64,000 nucleotides of DNA from Gemmatimonadota bacterium. GTDB taxonomy: Bacteria; Gemmatimonadota; Gemmatimonadetes; Longimicrobiales; RSA9. The first letter of the stretch is position 1. Each line of letters opens with the position of its first letter. The notes beneath the pieces were generated by a model. The model saw only the letters and a program-made list of their open reading frames with translations. It was not told the DNA's origin and did not search any database. The stretch spans positions 5,717 to 69,716 of the forward strand of contig JBBDRO010000106.1 in NCBI GenBank assembly GCA_040905425.1. The letters run 5' to 3'. Positions 1 through 9,879 of the stretch are shown here, piece by piece. The translations under genes were made by a program, and so were the position numbers.

Positions 1-50
1 GGGCCGCTCTGGTGCCCCGGGCCGCTCTGGTGCCCCGGGCCGTGCTGGTG
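1..50 (+). repeat. 18-bp tandem repeat (about 2.7 copies) encoding (P)RAALV in the signal peptide
   Basis: gggccgctctggtgcccc twice, then gggccgtgctggtg. Confidence 0.85.
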
Positions 51-1790
51 CTGGCGGCTGCCCTGCTGCTGCCCCCCGCGGCGTTGGCCGCCCAGAGCGG
101 CCCCCCGTCGCGCGATCCGGCGGCCGAGTTCGCGGCGCTGGAGGCCCGCCTGACGGAGGCCGCGGGCGTGGCCATGGACTACCACGTCACCGCGGCAGGC
201 GCCTTCAGCGCGGATCTGCGCGGCCGCCTGGAACTGGCCGCGGACGGCACGACCTCCCTGACGGGGCGGGGCACCTTCGGCGGCCAGCCGGTGGAGCTGC
301 GTCTGCACGCGGCGGACGGCACGCTGCGCTACGGCCGCGCGGACTCGCTCACGGAGATGGCCACGCCGGAGCAGCTGCGCGAGGCGCTGCTGATCGGCCT
401 CACGCGCATGGGCATCCTGCACAACCTGGCGCGCCTTACCGCCGGCGCCGCTCCGGACCACGCCGAGGGGGGTGTCCGGGCGTGGGTGGTGGCGGACTCC
501 TTCATGGTGGCGCATGAGAACCCGGCTGCCAAAGTGCTCTACATAGGGGTGGACGGGCAGCCGGCGGCCACGGCGACGCTGTTCTCGGATGCGCAGGGCA
601 ATCCCGTGGAACGCCGCCAGACGGTGTCCTTCCCCGGCGGGCAGATGGAGGTCATCGAGCGCTACTCCGCGGTGCGGATCGTGCCGCCGGAGGCGGCGCC
701 GAAGGACGTGCGGAGCATCGTCGCTTTGCTGGAGCCGGAAGTGCGCCGCGCCATGCTGGAGGGGACCATCCCGAGCGTGACCATGGCGCTGGTGGATCGG
801 GACGGTCTGCTCTGGGCGGGCGCTTTCGGCCAGTCCAACCTGTGGGCGGGCACGCCGGCCACCGTGGAGACCGTCTACCTCATTGCCTCCACCTTCAAGG
901 CGCAGAGCACGGTGGCGCTGCTGCAGCAGATGGAGGCCGGGAAGTTCGCGCTGGACGATCCCGTGCGCGATCATCTTGCCGACGGCATCGTACTGCGCGG
1001 CGAGGATCCGGCGCGGCCGATCACCTTCCGGCATCTGCTCACGCACACCTCGGGGATCCCCGGCGGCTACGGCGGCTACGACGTGTGGGGCCCCACGGCG
1101 CCGCCGGACCTGGTCACCTTCCTGCGCGACTCGCTGCGGGTCGCGGCGCCGCCCGGTGAGCGCGTGGTCTACTCGAATCCCGCCTATACACTGGTGGCCT
1201 ACCTGGTGCAGCGCATGAGCGGGATGCCCTATCGGGGCTACATCCGGGAGCGCGTGTGGGAGCCGCTCGGCATGACGTCCACCGCGTTCGCGCCCACGCC
1301 CGCCATGGAGGAGCGCCTCTCCATCCCCTACGTGCCCGATGACAACGGCCGTCCCGTCCCCACGCGCCGCACCAAGGCCGACATCTGGCCCGCCGGCATC
1401 ATCTACGGCACCATCCTGGACCAGGCGCGCTGGGCACGCTTCAGCCTGGGGGACGGCACCGCCGCCGACGGCGCCCGGCTGCTGCGCCCGGAAACCATGG
1501 ACTCGATGCACGTGCTCCAGAATCCAGAGCACGCCGGCAGCACCATGGGCGGTGGCTGGGGCTACGAGGACACCGGCTACGGCCTCACCTGGTGGCTCAC
1601 TCGCCGCGGCGAGGAGCGCTACTTCGGCCACTCGGGCAGCGTGTCCGGCTACACGGCCTTCGTCATGGGCAACAGGGGCAGCGGCCACGCGGTGGTGCTG
1701 CTCACCAACGGCCAGCGCGCGCACGCGCATCTGGTGCGCCTCTCCAACCTTGCGCTGGAGCTGCTGGCGGAGCGGGCCGCCGGCGGATGA
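12..1790 (+). CDS. Exported serine hydrolase (beta-lactamase/class C PBP family) with an extra ~200-aa N-terminal domain; may start upstream of the window
   Basis: SxxK (IASTFK), LLTHTSG, YSN and HSG motifs; signal peptide; frame is open to the window edge. Confidence 0.85.
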   Translation: MPRAALVPRAVLVLAAALLLPPAALAAQSGPPSRDPAAEFAALEARLTEAAGVAMDYHVTAAGAFSADLRGRLELAADGTTSLTGRGTFGGQPVELRLHAADGTLRYGRADSLTEMATPEQLREALLIGLTRMGILHNLARLTAGAAPDHAEGGVRAWVVADSFMVAHENPAAKVLYIGVDGQPAATATLFSDAQGNPVERRQTVSFPGGQMEVIERYSAVRIVPPEAAPKDVRSIVALLEPEVRRAMLEGTIPSVTMALVDRDGLLWAGAFGQSNLWAGTPATVETVYLIASTFKAQSTVALLQQMEAGKFALDDPVRDHLADGIVLRGEDPARPITFRHLLTHTSGIPGGYGGYDVWGPTAPPDLVTFLRDSLRVAAPPGERVVYSNPAYTLVAYLVQRMSGMPYRGYIRERVWEPLGMTSTAFAPTPAMEERLSIPYVPDDNGRPVPTRRTKADIWPAGIIYGTILDQARWARFSLGDGTAADGARLLRPETMDSMHVLQNPEHAGSTMGGGWGYEDTGYGLTWWLTRRGEERYFGHSGSVSGYTAFVMGNRGSGHAVVLLTNGQRAHAHLVRLSNLALELLAERAAGG

Positions 1791-1804
1791 CCCGCAGCTG
1801 AGGG

Positions 1805-2353
1805 ATGCCGATGCTGGCTTACACCTTCTGGCACTGGCCGCGCGCCGGCGTGGCGCCCGCGGACTACGAGCGCCGTCAGGCCGCCTTCCACCAGGCGCTG
1901 GCGGAGCACCCGCCGGCGGGCTTCCTGGGCTCGGCCACGGCGGCGGTCACCGCTCCCTGGGCGGACGGCTACGAGGACTGGTACCGGGTGGAGGACTACG
2001 CCGCCCTGGGCACGCTGAACGAGGCCGCCGTCTCCCACGCGCGCGCCGCCTCCCACGATGCCGCGGCGGCGCTGGCCGAGGGGGGCGCGGGCGGCCTCTA
2101 CGCCCTGCGCGCCGGTGAGCCGACCGTCCGGCCCACGCAGGCGAACTGGTTCACGAAGCCGGCGGGCATGGCGCACAGCGCGTTGATCGAGGACCTGGGA
2201 CCCCTCGTGGAGCGGCACGGCGGCGCGCTCTGGATGCGCCAGCTCGTGCTCGGCCCCGCCCCCGAATTCTGTCTTCAAGCGACGTCCCCCATCCGGCTCC
2301 CGGCGGCGCTCGACGTGCTGCGGCTGCCGCTTCGTCCGGTGTGGCCGGCGTGA
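1805..2353 (+). CDS. Hypothetical protein, possible dimeric alpha+beta barrel fold
   Basis: GC3-rich codon usage, aggg RBS-like motif, YEDWYRVEDYAALGTLNEAA segment. Confidence 0.7.
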   Translation: MPMLAYTFWHWPRAGVAPADYERRQAAFHQALAEHPPAGFLGSATAAVTAPWADGYEDWYRVEDYAALGTLNEAAVSHARAASHDAAAALAEGGAGGLYALRAGEPTVRPTQANWFTKPAGMAHSALIEDLGPLVERHGGALWMRQLVLGPAPEFCLQATSPIRLPAALDVLRLPLRPVWPA

Positions 2354-2377
2354 AGCCCCGCGACCCGTGAGGCCTCC

Positions 2378-2737
2378 ATGACCGAACTCGTGCTCTTCGC
2401 CATCGCGTCGCTGGCCGTGCCGGTGGCGGTAGGGGTGATCTTCCTCTACCTGCGGGCATCCTTCGAGCTGCTCGATCTGGTGCGCTCGAAGCATCCGGAA
2501 CTGTGGCAGTCGCTCGGGAAGCCGGAGCGGGTGTACGTGCAGGAGCAGCAGCGCGGCTTCCACACCATCCAGCCGCTCATGCCCTGGCTGTCGTGGGTCT
2601 GGTCAGGCTCCCCGGAGAAGCTGAGTCCCTATGTGGCGCTGAAGCTGCGGCGGGCGCGTTCGCTGCTGGTCACGGGTGCGGCGGCCTTCGGTGGGGCGCT
2701 CGTGGCCATGCTGGTCCTCATGCTCACGGCCGCTTGA
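2378..2737 (+). CDS. Small two-TM hypothetical membrane protein
   Basis: gagg RBS; hydrophobic N- and C-terminal segments. Confidence 0.7.
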   Translation: MTELVLFAIASLAVPVAVGVIFLYLRASFELLDLVRSKHPELWQSLGKPERVYVQEQQRGFHTIQPLMPWLSWVWSGSPEKLSPYVALKLRRARSLLVTGAAAFGGALVAMLVLMLTAA

Positions 2738-3552
2738 TCGGGCCTCTGGCGGCGTTCGGCGCGCTGGACGAGGGCCGGCATCGCGCCGAGTTCTACCGTA
2801 TGTGGGGCGCGGGCTACGCCGCCGGGCTCACGCATCCCGACAGCCTGGCCACCATGGGTGCGCGGGAGTCCCCCTCCACCGAGGAGATGCGGCGCTGGTT
2901 GCTGCGGGGCACCGAGCGCGGGCGGGAGCTGGCCTCTCTGACGCGCGAGGGCGGGGCCCGCTTCGAGGCGTTCGAACGCACGCTGCTCACGCTGGGTGAG
3001 GAATCCGGCAGCCTGGATGAGGCGCTCCGGCTGCTGGCCGAATTCTACACGCGCAAGCACCGCCTCATGCTGTGGGTGAAGAAGCAGATGGCCTACCCGG
3101 TCTTCACCCTCCTGGCCGCGTGTTTCGTGGCGCCCCTGCCGCTCCTGGTCATTGGCCATACGGGGGCGTACGTCCTGAGCGCGCTAGCCGGCGTGACGCT
3201 GCTGCTGCTCGCGGCGGGCACCCTTATCGGCGCAGTGGCGGTGCATTACGGCCGGAAGCCGCCGCTGGCCCGGGCGCGCATGGCGCGTGCGCTGGCCACC
3301 GCAATCCAGGCCGGCCTGCCGCTGCCGCGCGCCATCCGGCTGGCCGCCGACGCCTCGGGGCAACCCGCCATCGCGGGCTTCGTCGAGCGCATCGGGGAGC
3401 GGCGTCTGGCTGGCGGCTCGATCGGCGCGTCCCTGGCCGGCTGCCCCCACCTCACGCCGGAGTTCATGGCGGTGCTGGCCACGGCCGAGGCGACCGGGGA
3501 CTTCGGACCGCTGATGCGTCTGGCGGAGCTCTACGAGGACGGATTCCGCTGA
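2734..3552 (+). CDS. Type II secretion system F (PilC/GspF-like) family protein
   Basis: GEESGSLDEALRLLAEFY and KKQMAYP motifs; second repeat AEATGD; TTG start overlaps the upstream TGA. Confidence 0.75.
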   Translation: MIGPLAAFGALDEGRHRAEFYRMWGAGYAAGLTHPDSLATMGARESPSTEEMRRWLLRGTERGRELASLTREGGARFEAFERTLLTLGEESGSLDEALRLLAEFYTRKHRLMLWVKKQMAYPVFTLLAACFVAPLPLLVIGHTGAYVLSALAGVTLLLLAAGTLIGAVAVHYGRKPPLARARMARALATAIQAGLPLPRAIRLAADASGQPAIAGFVERIGERRLAGGSIGASLAGCPHLTPEFMAVLATAEATGDFGPLMRLAELYEDGFR

Positions 3553-3555
3553 CGG

Positions 3556-3593
3556 CGGACGCCCCTCCGCGGCGTGTCGCGGAGGGGCGTCCG
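3556..3593. terminator. 16-bp perfect hairpin between convergent genes
   Basis: cggacgcccctccgcg-gcgtgt-cgcggaggggcgtccg. Confidence 0.7.
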
Positions 3594-3639
3594 TGCCGGT
3601 GCCGCCAGGGCGTCTGGCGGACGTCGGGTCGGCTGCTCC

Positions 3640-3921
3640 TCAGGAGGAAATCGACCCCTGCATGGCGGCGGGGACCGCAATGCCGTCTCGGTTCTCGGCC
3701 TCGCGGTACTCGTTGTTGGCGTTGGCGCCGAGGAGTGGCTCGAGGAAATCCCGCACCGCATCCACCGAGTCCGCTTCCCAGAGGCACGTGGCCCGGCTGC
3801 CGTCCTTGGCGCTCAGCGTGTGGTGCAGCTGCAGGTGGGCCGGCATGTTTGCCAGGCCCTGCTGCGCGCTGTCCCAGAAGCCGTTGGGGTCGGTCACGGA
3901 GTGATGCACCAGGATGTACAT
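3640..3921 (-). CDS. Small ferredoxin-like-fold hypothetical protein (93 aa)
   Basis: GGAGG RBS before MYILVHH; ATCLWEADSVDAVRDFL motif. Confidence 0.75.
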   Translation of the reverse strand: MYILVHHSVTDPNGFWDSAQQGLANMPAHLQLHHTLSAKDGSRATCLWEADSVDAVRDFLEPLLGANANNEYREAENRDGIAVPAAMQGSISS

Positions 3922-4094
3922 GGGGCCTCCTTTGGGAGGGGCGATCGGGGAGTTCCGTCGCGTGCCGCGAATCTCAACTGGCTTGCGCCGGGACGTGGAC
4001 CCCCATGATTGTGTACCGAGGCCCTCCGGGTCAAGAGGCACGTTGGCGGTGCGGAGGTCCGAGCCGGATGTGATCGAAGCAAAGGGGTAGATCC

Positions 4095-5981
4095 ATGAGC
4101 GAATCGTCCTGCTGTTGGTATCGCGGCGCGCTGGTCATGGTTACGCTGCTCTGCGCGGCCCACGCCACGCCAGCGGCCGTGGCGGCACAGCCCACCCAGC
4201 CGGCGGCCGACCTCGGCCCCACCCTCCCCGTCTTCCTGGATGGCCAGGCGCAGATCGTCCAGGAATTCCAGGACACCATGGATTGGATCCGGGAGCATCT
4301 CTGGGTGGAGACGGAATTCGATTCGGATGGTGACGGGCGCCCGGATCGGGTGCACGTGGACGTAACCCGGCCGGGCCAGACGGAATCGGAGGGGCTCCTC
4401 GTGCCGGTGATCTATGAATCCAGCCCCTACTACTCGGGGACCGGCACCACGGCGCAGGAATATTTCTGGGACGTGCGGCAGGAACTGGGGACCGAGCCCC
4501 CGGAGCGCAGTGACATGCCTGCCGTTCGCTACCGTGGCGAGCGCTCCGTCATTGCCAACTCACACGTGAATCAGTGGGTGCCGCGGGGCTTTGCGGTGGT
4601 GCATTCGGAGGCGCCGGGCACGGGCCAATCGCAGGGCTGCCCCACGGTGGGCGGGCCCGTGGAGGCTCTGGCGCCCAAGGCCGTGATCGATTGGCTGAAC
4701 GGGCGCGCCCGGGGCTTCGACGCGCCGGTAGGGGGCAACGAGGTGGTGGCGGACTGGACCACCGGCAAGGTGGGCATGACGGGCACGTCCTACAACGGCA
4801 CCATCCCGCTGGCCGCAGCCACCACCGGAGTCGAGGGGCTCGAGGCCATCATTCCGGTGGCGCCGAACACGTCCTACTATCGGTATTACCGGTCGCACGG
4901 CCTGGTACGGAGCCCGGGTGGCTATCTGGGCGAGGACGTGGATGTGCTCTACGATTTCATCAACAGTGGCTCGCCGGAGACGCGGGCCTACTGCAATGCC
5001 ACGTTCCGGGATCGCGAGATGCTCGAGGGGCAGGACCGCATCACCGGGGACTACAACGAATTCTGGGCCGCGCGTGATTTCCACCGTTCACTGGATGGGG
5101 TGCGCGCCGCCACGCTCCTGGCCCATGGCCTGAATGACTGGAACGTGATGCCCGACCACAGCGTGGTGGTCTACGAGGCGCTGAAGGAGCGCGGCGTGCC
5201 CGCGCAGATCTACCTGCACCAGGGGGGGCACGGCGGCCCTCCGCCCATGGAGCGCATGAACCGCTGGTTCACGCACTATCTCTATGGCGTGGACAACGGG
5301 ATCGAGAACGATCCGCGCGCGTGGATCGTGCGGGAGGAAAGCCCGGCGTCGCAGCCTACGCCGTACCGGGATTACCCCAACCTGCGCGCCCGTACGATGC
5401 GTTTCGGGCTGACGCGGGGTGGGCGTGGCCTGGGCGGCCTGGAACTCGCGCCGGCCGAGGGGCAGGGACGGGAATCGCTCGTGGACAACGTGTCCTTTGA
5501 CGGGCACGTGCTGGCACGGGCGGAGTGGAGCCACCATCGGCTGCGCTACGCCACGCCGGTGCTGAGCGCGCCCGTCCACATCTCCGGCACGCCGCGTGTC
5601 ACGGTGCGGCTGGCGGCGGATCGGCCGGCGGCCAACCTGTCCGTCTGGCTCGTCATGCTGCCGTATACCGAGGATGGCGGCTCCACGGCCAGCCTCATCA
5701 CCCGCGGCTGGGCGGATCCGCAGAACCATGCCTCGCTGAGCCAGAGTGAGCCGCTGGAGCCCGGCAGGTTCTACGACGTGACCTTCGAGCTGCAGCCCGA
5801 TGACCAGATCGTGCCGGCGGGCAGCCGCATTGCCCTCATGATCTTTTCCAGCGACCGGGACTTCACCCTGTGGCCCGACCCCGGCACCGAGCTCGAAGTG
5901 GATCTGGACGGCAGCGTGCTGGAACTGCCGGTGGTGGGCGGCGAGTGGTGGCTGAGGCGCGCCCTGGAACCGCGGCACTAG
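4095..5981 (+). CDS. pepX: Xaa-Pro dipeptidyl-peptidase (peptidase S15)
   Basis: GTSYNG nucleophile motif, HGLNDWNV, HQGGH, C-terminal PepX_C-like domain, signal peptide. Confidence 0.88.
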   Translation: MSESSCCWYRGALVMVTLLCAAHATPAAVAAQPTQPAADLGPTLPVFLDGQAQIVQEFQDTMDWIREHLWVETEFDSDGDGRPDRVHVDVTRPGQTESEGLLVPVIYESSPYYSGTGTTAQEYFWDVRQELGTEPPERSDMPAVRYRGERSVIANSHVNQWVPRGFAVVHSEAPGTGQSQGCPTVGGPVEALAPKAVIDWLNGRARGFDAPVGGNEVVADWTTGKVGMTGTSYNGTIPLAAATTGVEGLEAIIPVAPNTSYYRYYRSHGLVRSPGGYLGEDVDVLYDFINSGSPETRAYCNATFRDREMLEGQDRITGDYNEFWAARDFHRSLDGVRAATLLAHGLNDWNVMPDHSVVVYEALKERGVPAQIYLHQGGHGGPPPMERMNRWFTHYLYGVDNGIENDPRAWIVREESPASQPTPYRDYPNLRARTMRFGLTRGGRGLGGLELAPAEGQGRESLVDNVSFDGHVLARAEWSHHRLRYATPVLSAPVHISGTPRVTVRLAADRPAANLSVWLVMLPYTEDGGSTASLITRGWADPQNHASLSQSEPLEPGRFYDVTFELQPDDQIVPAGSRIALMIFSSDRDFTLWPDPGTELEVDLDGSVLELPVVGGEWWLRRALEPRH

Positions 5982-6071
5982 GCGTTCGGGAGCGCGGACC
6001 AACGGTAGGCGCACCGCGCCTGCGGGGCGCTCCGGCATCGTTCGCGGCTCGGTTGGGGGGCAGGGGAGCCG

Positions 6072-7610
6072 TCAGGGCAGCCGCTGCAAGCCCCCCACCA
6101 CGATGCCGAAGCGGTCCAGCACCTCGGCGTTGCGCTGGAAGTCCCAGTAGGTATCCCGCTGGAGATCCTCCAGCGACTCCCGCCAGCCGATGTAGGCATC
6201 CAGGAAGTTCTCGGCCGTGGCCTCCTGCCGATCGATGGTCTGGAGCACGTCCACGAGCGTCCCCTGGCCCGCGGCATAGCTCTCGATCGTGGAGCGGGTG
6301 ATCTGCCGGGCCCGCTCCAGGTTGGCCTGCATGCTGAGGGCGCGCTGTTCGTACTCTTCCAGGTTGCGCACCTGGTTCTCGATGCTGGTCCGGATGTCGA
6401 TCTCCGCCTCCTCCACGCGCAACTCCAGCCGCTCCAGGTTGTAGCGTTCGGCCTGCAAACGGTAGTCGCGTTGGCCCCAATCCCAGATCGGCAGGTAGGC
6501 GTCCACGTTGACGGTGTAGCTGTTGCGCGGCCGCTCCCAGAGGTTGTCGAAGCGGGGATCCTGCACCTCGCGACCGTACGTCATGTTCAGATCCATGCGG
6601 AAGGCCTGCCATGAGCCGGTCTCGTCCAGGTCGATTTCGGCCTCCCTGCGGTCGATGGCCAGGCGGCGCATGCGGGGCGAGAGGGTGGTGGCGTACGCGA
6701 TGGCCTGCTCCACGTCCACCTCCACGGGGTCTACCATGGGCACCGGGTCGATCACCAGGGAGTCGGTCTGCGGCAGGCGCAGCGACTGCTTGATCTCGGC
6801 CGCCTGCAGCCGATAGCGGCTGGCGGCCTGGGAGATCTCCTCCCGGGCGTTGGCCAGCGTCACCTCTACCTGTTCGGTCTCGATGGCCCGGTCGGGCTCG
6901 GCCGCCACCACGCTTGCGGCTGCTGCCGCCGCTTCCTCGAGCGCCGCCACGGTTTCGGCTGCGATCGTCTGCTCGTAGGCGGTCTCGAAGATCTCCAGGT
7001 AGTCCTCGGCCAGGTCGGAGATCATGCGTACGATGTCATCCTTGTAGGACAGCTCGGAGCTCTCGAGGTCCAGCTGCGCCTCCTCGAGGCTGTTCTTCAT
7101 CTCGTTGGGCTGGAAAAGGGGCTGCCGGTAGGAGATGAAGTAACGGTTGTAGTAGCGGACGTCGCCTTCGTTGTTCAGCTGGCTGTAGCGATACATCCGG
7201 TTGTTCAGCGAGAGGCGCCCGTTGGTGGGGTAGCCGAAGAGAATGACGGGCTGACTCACGGCCAGCTCCGCTTCCCAGCGCCGCGTGTCCTCGTGGACCA
7301 GCACGTCGCGCTGCAGGTCGGAATCCCATTTGTAGTCGGAGATGGACTGCAGGTCGGGGCCGCTGAACTCCATGTCCACGCGCGACTTCAGGCCAGCGCG
7401 CTCCGCATTCAGCCGGGCGCGCTGCTGATCGATGCCAAGCTGGAGGTGGCGTACCCGGTAGCTGTCCTCCAGGCCCAGTTCGACCATGCGCTCGAGGGTG
7501 AGCTCCACGGGCCGCGCCTGCTGGGCCACGGCGGGGCCGCGCGAGCCGCTGAGCGCCAGCAGCGTAATCAGCGCCGCGCCGCAACCGCGCCTGCCATAAC
7601 TCCTGTTCAT
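6072..7610 (-). CDS. TolC-family outer membrane protein, paralog 1
   Basis: Signal peptide, LTLERMVELGL start, QPLFQ and LPIWDWG motifs, coiled-coil repeats. Confidence 0.85.
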   Translation of the reverse strand: MNRSYGRRGCGAALITLLALSGSRGPAVAQQARPVELTLERMVELGLEDSYRVRHLQLGIDQQRARLNAERAGLKSRVDMEFSGPDLQSISDYKWDSDLQRDVLVHEDTRRWEAELAVSQPVILFGYPTNGRLSLNNRMYRYSQLNNEGDVRYYNRYFISYRQPLFQPNEMKNSLEEAQLDLESSELSYKDDIVRMISDLAEDYLEIFETAYEQTIAAETVAALEEAAAAAASVVAAEPDRAIETEQVEVTLANAREEISQAASRYRLQAAEIKQSLRLPQTDSLVIDPVPMVDPVEVDVEQAIAYATTLSPRMRRLAIDRREAEIDLDETGSWQAFRMDLNMTYGREVQDPRFDNLWERPRNSYTVNVDAYLPIWDWGQRDYRLQAERYNLERLELRVEEAEIDIRTSIENQVRNLEEYEQRALSMQANLERARQITRSTIESYAAGQGTLVDVLQTIDRQEATAENFLDAYIGWRESLEDLQRDTYWDFQRNAEVLDRFGIVVGGLQRLP

Positions 7611-7745
7611 TGACCGTCCTCTTCCGAAACCTGAGCCCATCCCGATGGGCGTGATGGTGAATTTCCACCAAGGTGGTGGAATTCCAGCACCTACGCAAGG
7701 TCCAGCTTCGGATCCGCCGCTGATATCCAGCGCTCGACAGCGGCG

Positions 7746-8153
7746 TCAGCGCGTGGCCAGCTCGTCCATGCGGTGGCGCACCGCCTCCGGAATGGGCACC
7801 TTCCGACCCGCGCCGTAGTCGTAGGCCACCACCACGCCGCCCCCCTCCGCCGCCAGTTCACCGGCCCCGTTCACGATGCGGTATTCCATGGTGAAGCGGT
7901 CCGCGCCGATCTCCGATGTACGCGCGGCCACGGTGACCGTGTCGGGGAAGTGGAGCGGACGGCGAAAGCGGCAGTGCGTGGAGGCCAGGATGGGCCCCAC
8001 GCCACTGCCGCTCGTCAGGTCGATGGCGCGCAGGTAGGCAATGCGCGCGGTTTCGAACATGCGGAAGTAGACGGTGTTGTTGACGTGGCCCATGGCGTCC
8101 ATGTCCCCCCAGGCCAGGGGAACATCCACCCGAATGGGGAAGCCCTCGAGCAC
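7746..8153 (-). CDS. Acyl-CoA thioesterase (4HBT/YbgC hot-dog fold)
   Basis: WGDMDAMGHVNNTVYFRMFETAR signature; GTG start. Confidence 0.88.
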   Translation of the reverse strand: MLEGFPIRVDVPLAWGDMDAMGHVNNTVYFRMFETARIAYLRAIDLTSGSGVGPILASTHCRFRRPLHFPDTVTVAARTSEIGADRFTMEYRIVNGAGELAAEGGGVVVAYDYGAGRKVPIPEAVRHRMDELATR

Positions 8154-8167
8154 GGCGCCGCCGGACG

Positions 8168-9712
8168 TCAGGGCAGGCGCTCCATCTCCCCCACCTCGAT
8201 GCCGAAGCGGTCCAGGATCTCGGCGTTGCGGGCAAAGTCCCAGTAGGTGGCGCGCTGCAGATCCTGCAGTGATCGCCGCCAGCCCATGTACGCATCGAGG
8301 AAGTTGCGCGCGGTCGCGGCCTGGCGGTCGATGGTCTGCAGCACGTCCACCAGCGTGCCGTTGCCCGCGGCGTAGCCCTCGATGGTGCTGGCGGTGATCT
8401 GGCGAGCGCGCTCCAGGTTGGCCTGCATGCTCATGGCGCGCTGCTCGTACTCCTGGAGGTTGCGCACCTGGTTCTCGATGCCGGTGCGGATGTCCGTCTC
8501 GGCCTCCTCGATGCGCAGTTCGGTGCGCTCCAGGGTGTAACGCGTGGCCTCGATGCGGTAGTCGCGCTGCCCCCAGTCCCAGATGGGCAGGTAGGCGTCC
8601 ACGTTGATGGTGTAGCTGTTCTTCGGCTGGGTCCACAGGTTCTCGAAGCGTGGGTCCTGAACCTCGCGGCCGTACGTCATGCCCAGGTCCATCCGGAAGG
8701 CCTGGCGCGAGCTGGTCTCCTCCAGGCGGATCTGGTTCTCGCGCTTGTCGATGTCCAGTCGGCGCATACGGGGTGAGAGCGTCATGGCATATTCCACGGC
8801 CTGCTCGGCATCCACCTCCACCGGCTGGACTTCCAGCACCGGCGTCACCAACACCGAGTCCTCCTGGGGCAGCCGGAGGCGCTGCTTGATGTTCGCGGAC
8901 TGGAGCCGGAAGCTGCTGGCCGTCTGCGAGACCTCCTCCCGCGCATTGGTCAGCGCCACATCGATCTGATCGACTTCGATGGCCCGCTCCGCGTTGGCGT
9001 CGACGACCTGGGCCGCGGCCACTGCCGCCTCCTGCAGCGCCGCCACCCGCTCCTGGGCGATCACGCGTTCGTAGGCGGTCTCCAGGATGCGCAGGTAGTC
9101 CCGGGTCAGGTCCGAGATCATGCCGATGATGTCATCCTTGTAGGACAGCTCGGCCCCTTCGAGGTTGAGCTCCGCCTCCTCGAGGTTGTTCTTCATGCTG
9201 TTGGGCTGGAAGAGCGGCTGGGTGTAGCGAATGAAGTACCGGTTGTAGTAGCGCGTGTCCCCGCTCCCCGAGAGCTGGCTATAACGGTACATCCGGTTGT
9301 TGACCGAGAGGTAGCCATTGGTGGGGTACCCGAAGAGGATCACGGGTTGGCGCACCGACAGCTCGGTCTCCCAGCGGCGGGTGTCCTCGTGGACCAGCAC
9401 GTCCCGCTGCTGATTGGAATCCCACTTGTAGTCCGAGATGGATTGCAGGTCCGGGCCGCTGAAGTTCAGGTCCACCCTTGATTTCAGCCCCGCGCGTTCG
9501 GCGTTGAGGTACGCACGCCGCTGATCGATGCCGATCTGCAGATGCTTCACCCGGTAGCTGTCCCTGAGCCCCAGGTCCACCATGCGCTCCAGTGTGAGCT
9601 CCACCTCACGCGCCTGCTGGGCCGCGGCGTTCCCGACGGACGCGCCCGTCAGGGCGGTGCCCACGAGTACCGTGCAGATCCAGCGCTTCATGCTTCCCGA
9701 CATGCTTCCCAT
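8168..9712 (-). CDS. TolC-family outer membrane protein, paralog 2
   Basis: Colinear and highly similar to 6072..7610; GGAGAGG RBS. Confidence 0.85.
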   Translation of the reverse strand: MGSMSGSMKRWICTVLVGTALTGASVGNAAAQQAREVELTLERMVDLGLRDSYRVKHLQIGIDQRRAYLNAERAGLKSRVDLNFSGPDLQSISDYKWDSNQQRDVLVHEDTRRWETELSVRQPVILFGYPTNGYLSVNNRMYRYSQLSGSGDTRYYNRYFIRYTQPLFQPNSMKNNLEEAELNLEGAELSYKDDIIGMISDLTRDYLRILETAYERVIAQERVAALQEAAVAAAQVVDANAERAIEVDQIDVALTNAREEVSQTASSFRLQSANIKQRLRLPQEDSVLVTPVLEVQPVEVDAEQAVEYAMTLSPRMRRLDIDKRENQIRLEETSSRQAFRMDLGMTYGREVQDPRFENLWTQPKNSYTINVDAYLPIWDWGQRDYRIEATRYTLERTELRIEEAETDIRTGIENQVRNLQEYEQRAMSMQANLERARQITASTIEGYAAGNGTLVDVLQTIDRQAATARNFLDAYMGWRRSLQDLQRATYWDFARNAEILDRFGIEVGEMERLP

Positions 9713-9879
9713 GAATTACCTCTCCCCGACCTGGCATGGCCCGGGGCGGTAGGGAAAGGTGGTGGCCTTCTTCAGTGGAAAGCCACCACCATCGTTTCCC
9801 CGGCCGCAACGGGACCTTGAATTCGACGTCATCTACACTCGGTCAGCCACTTCGTGCCACCGACCCCCTTACGAGGCGC

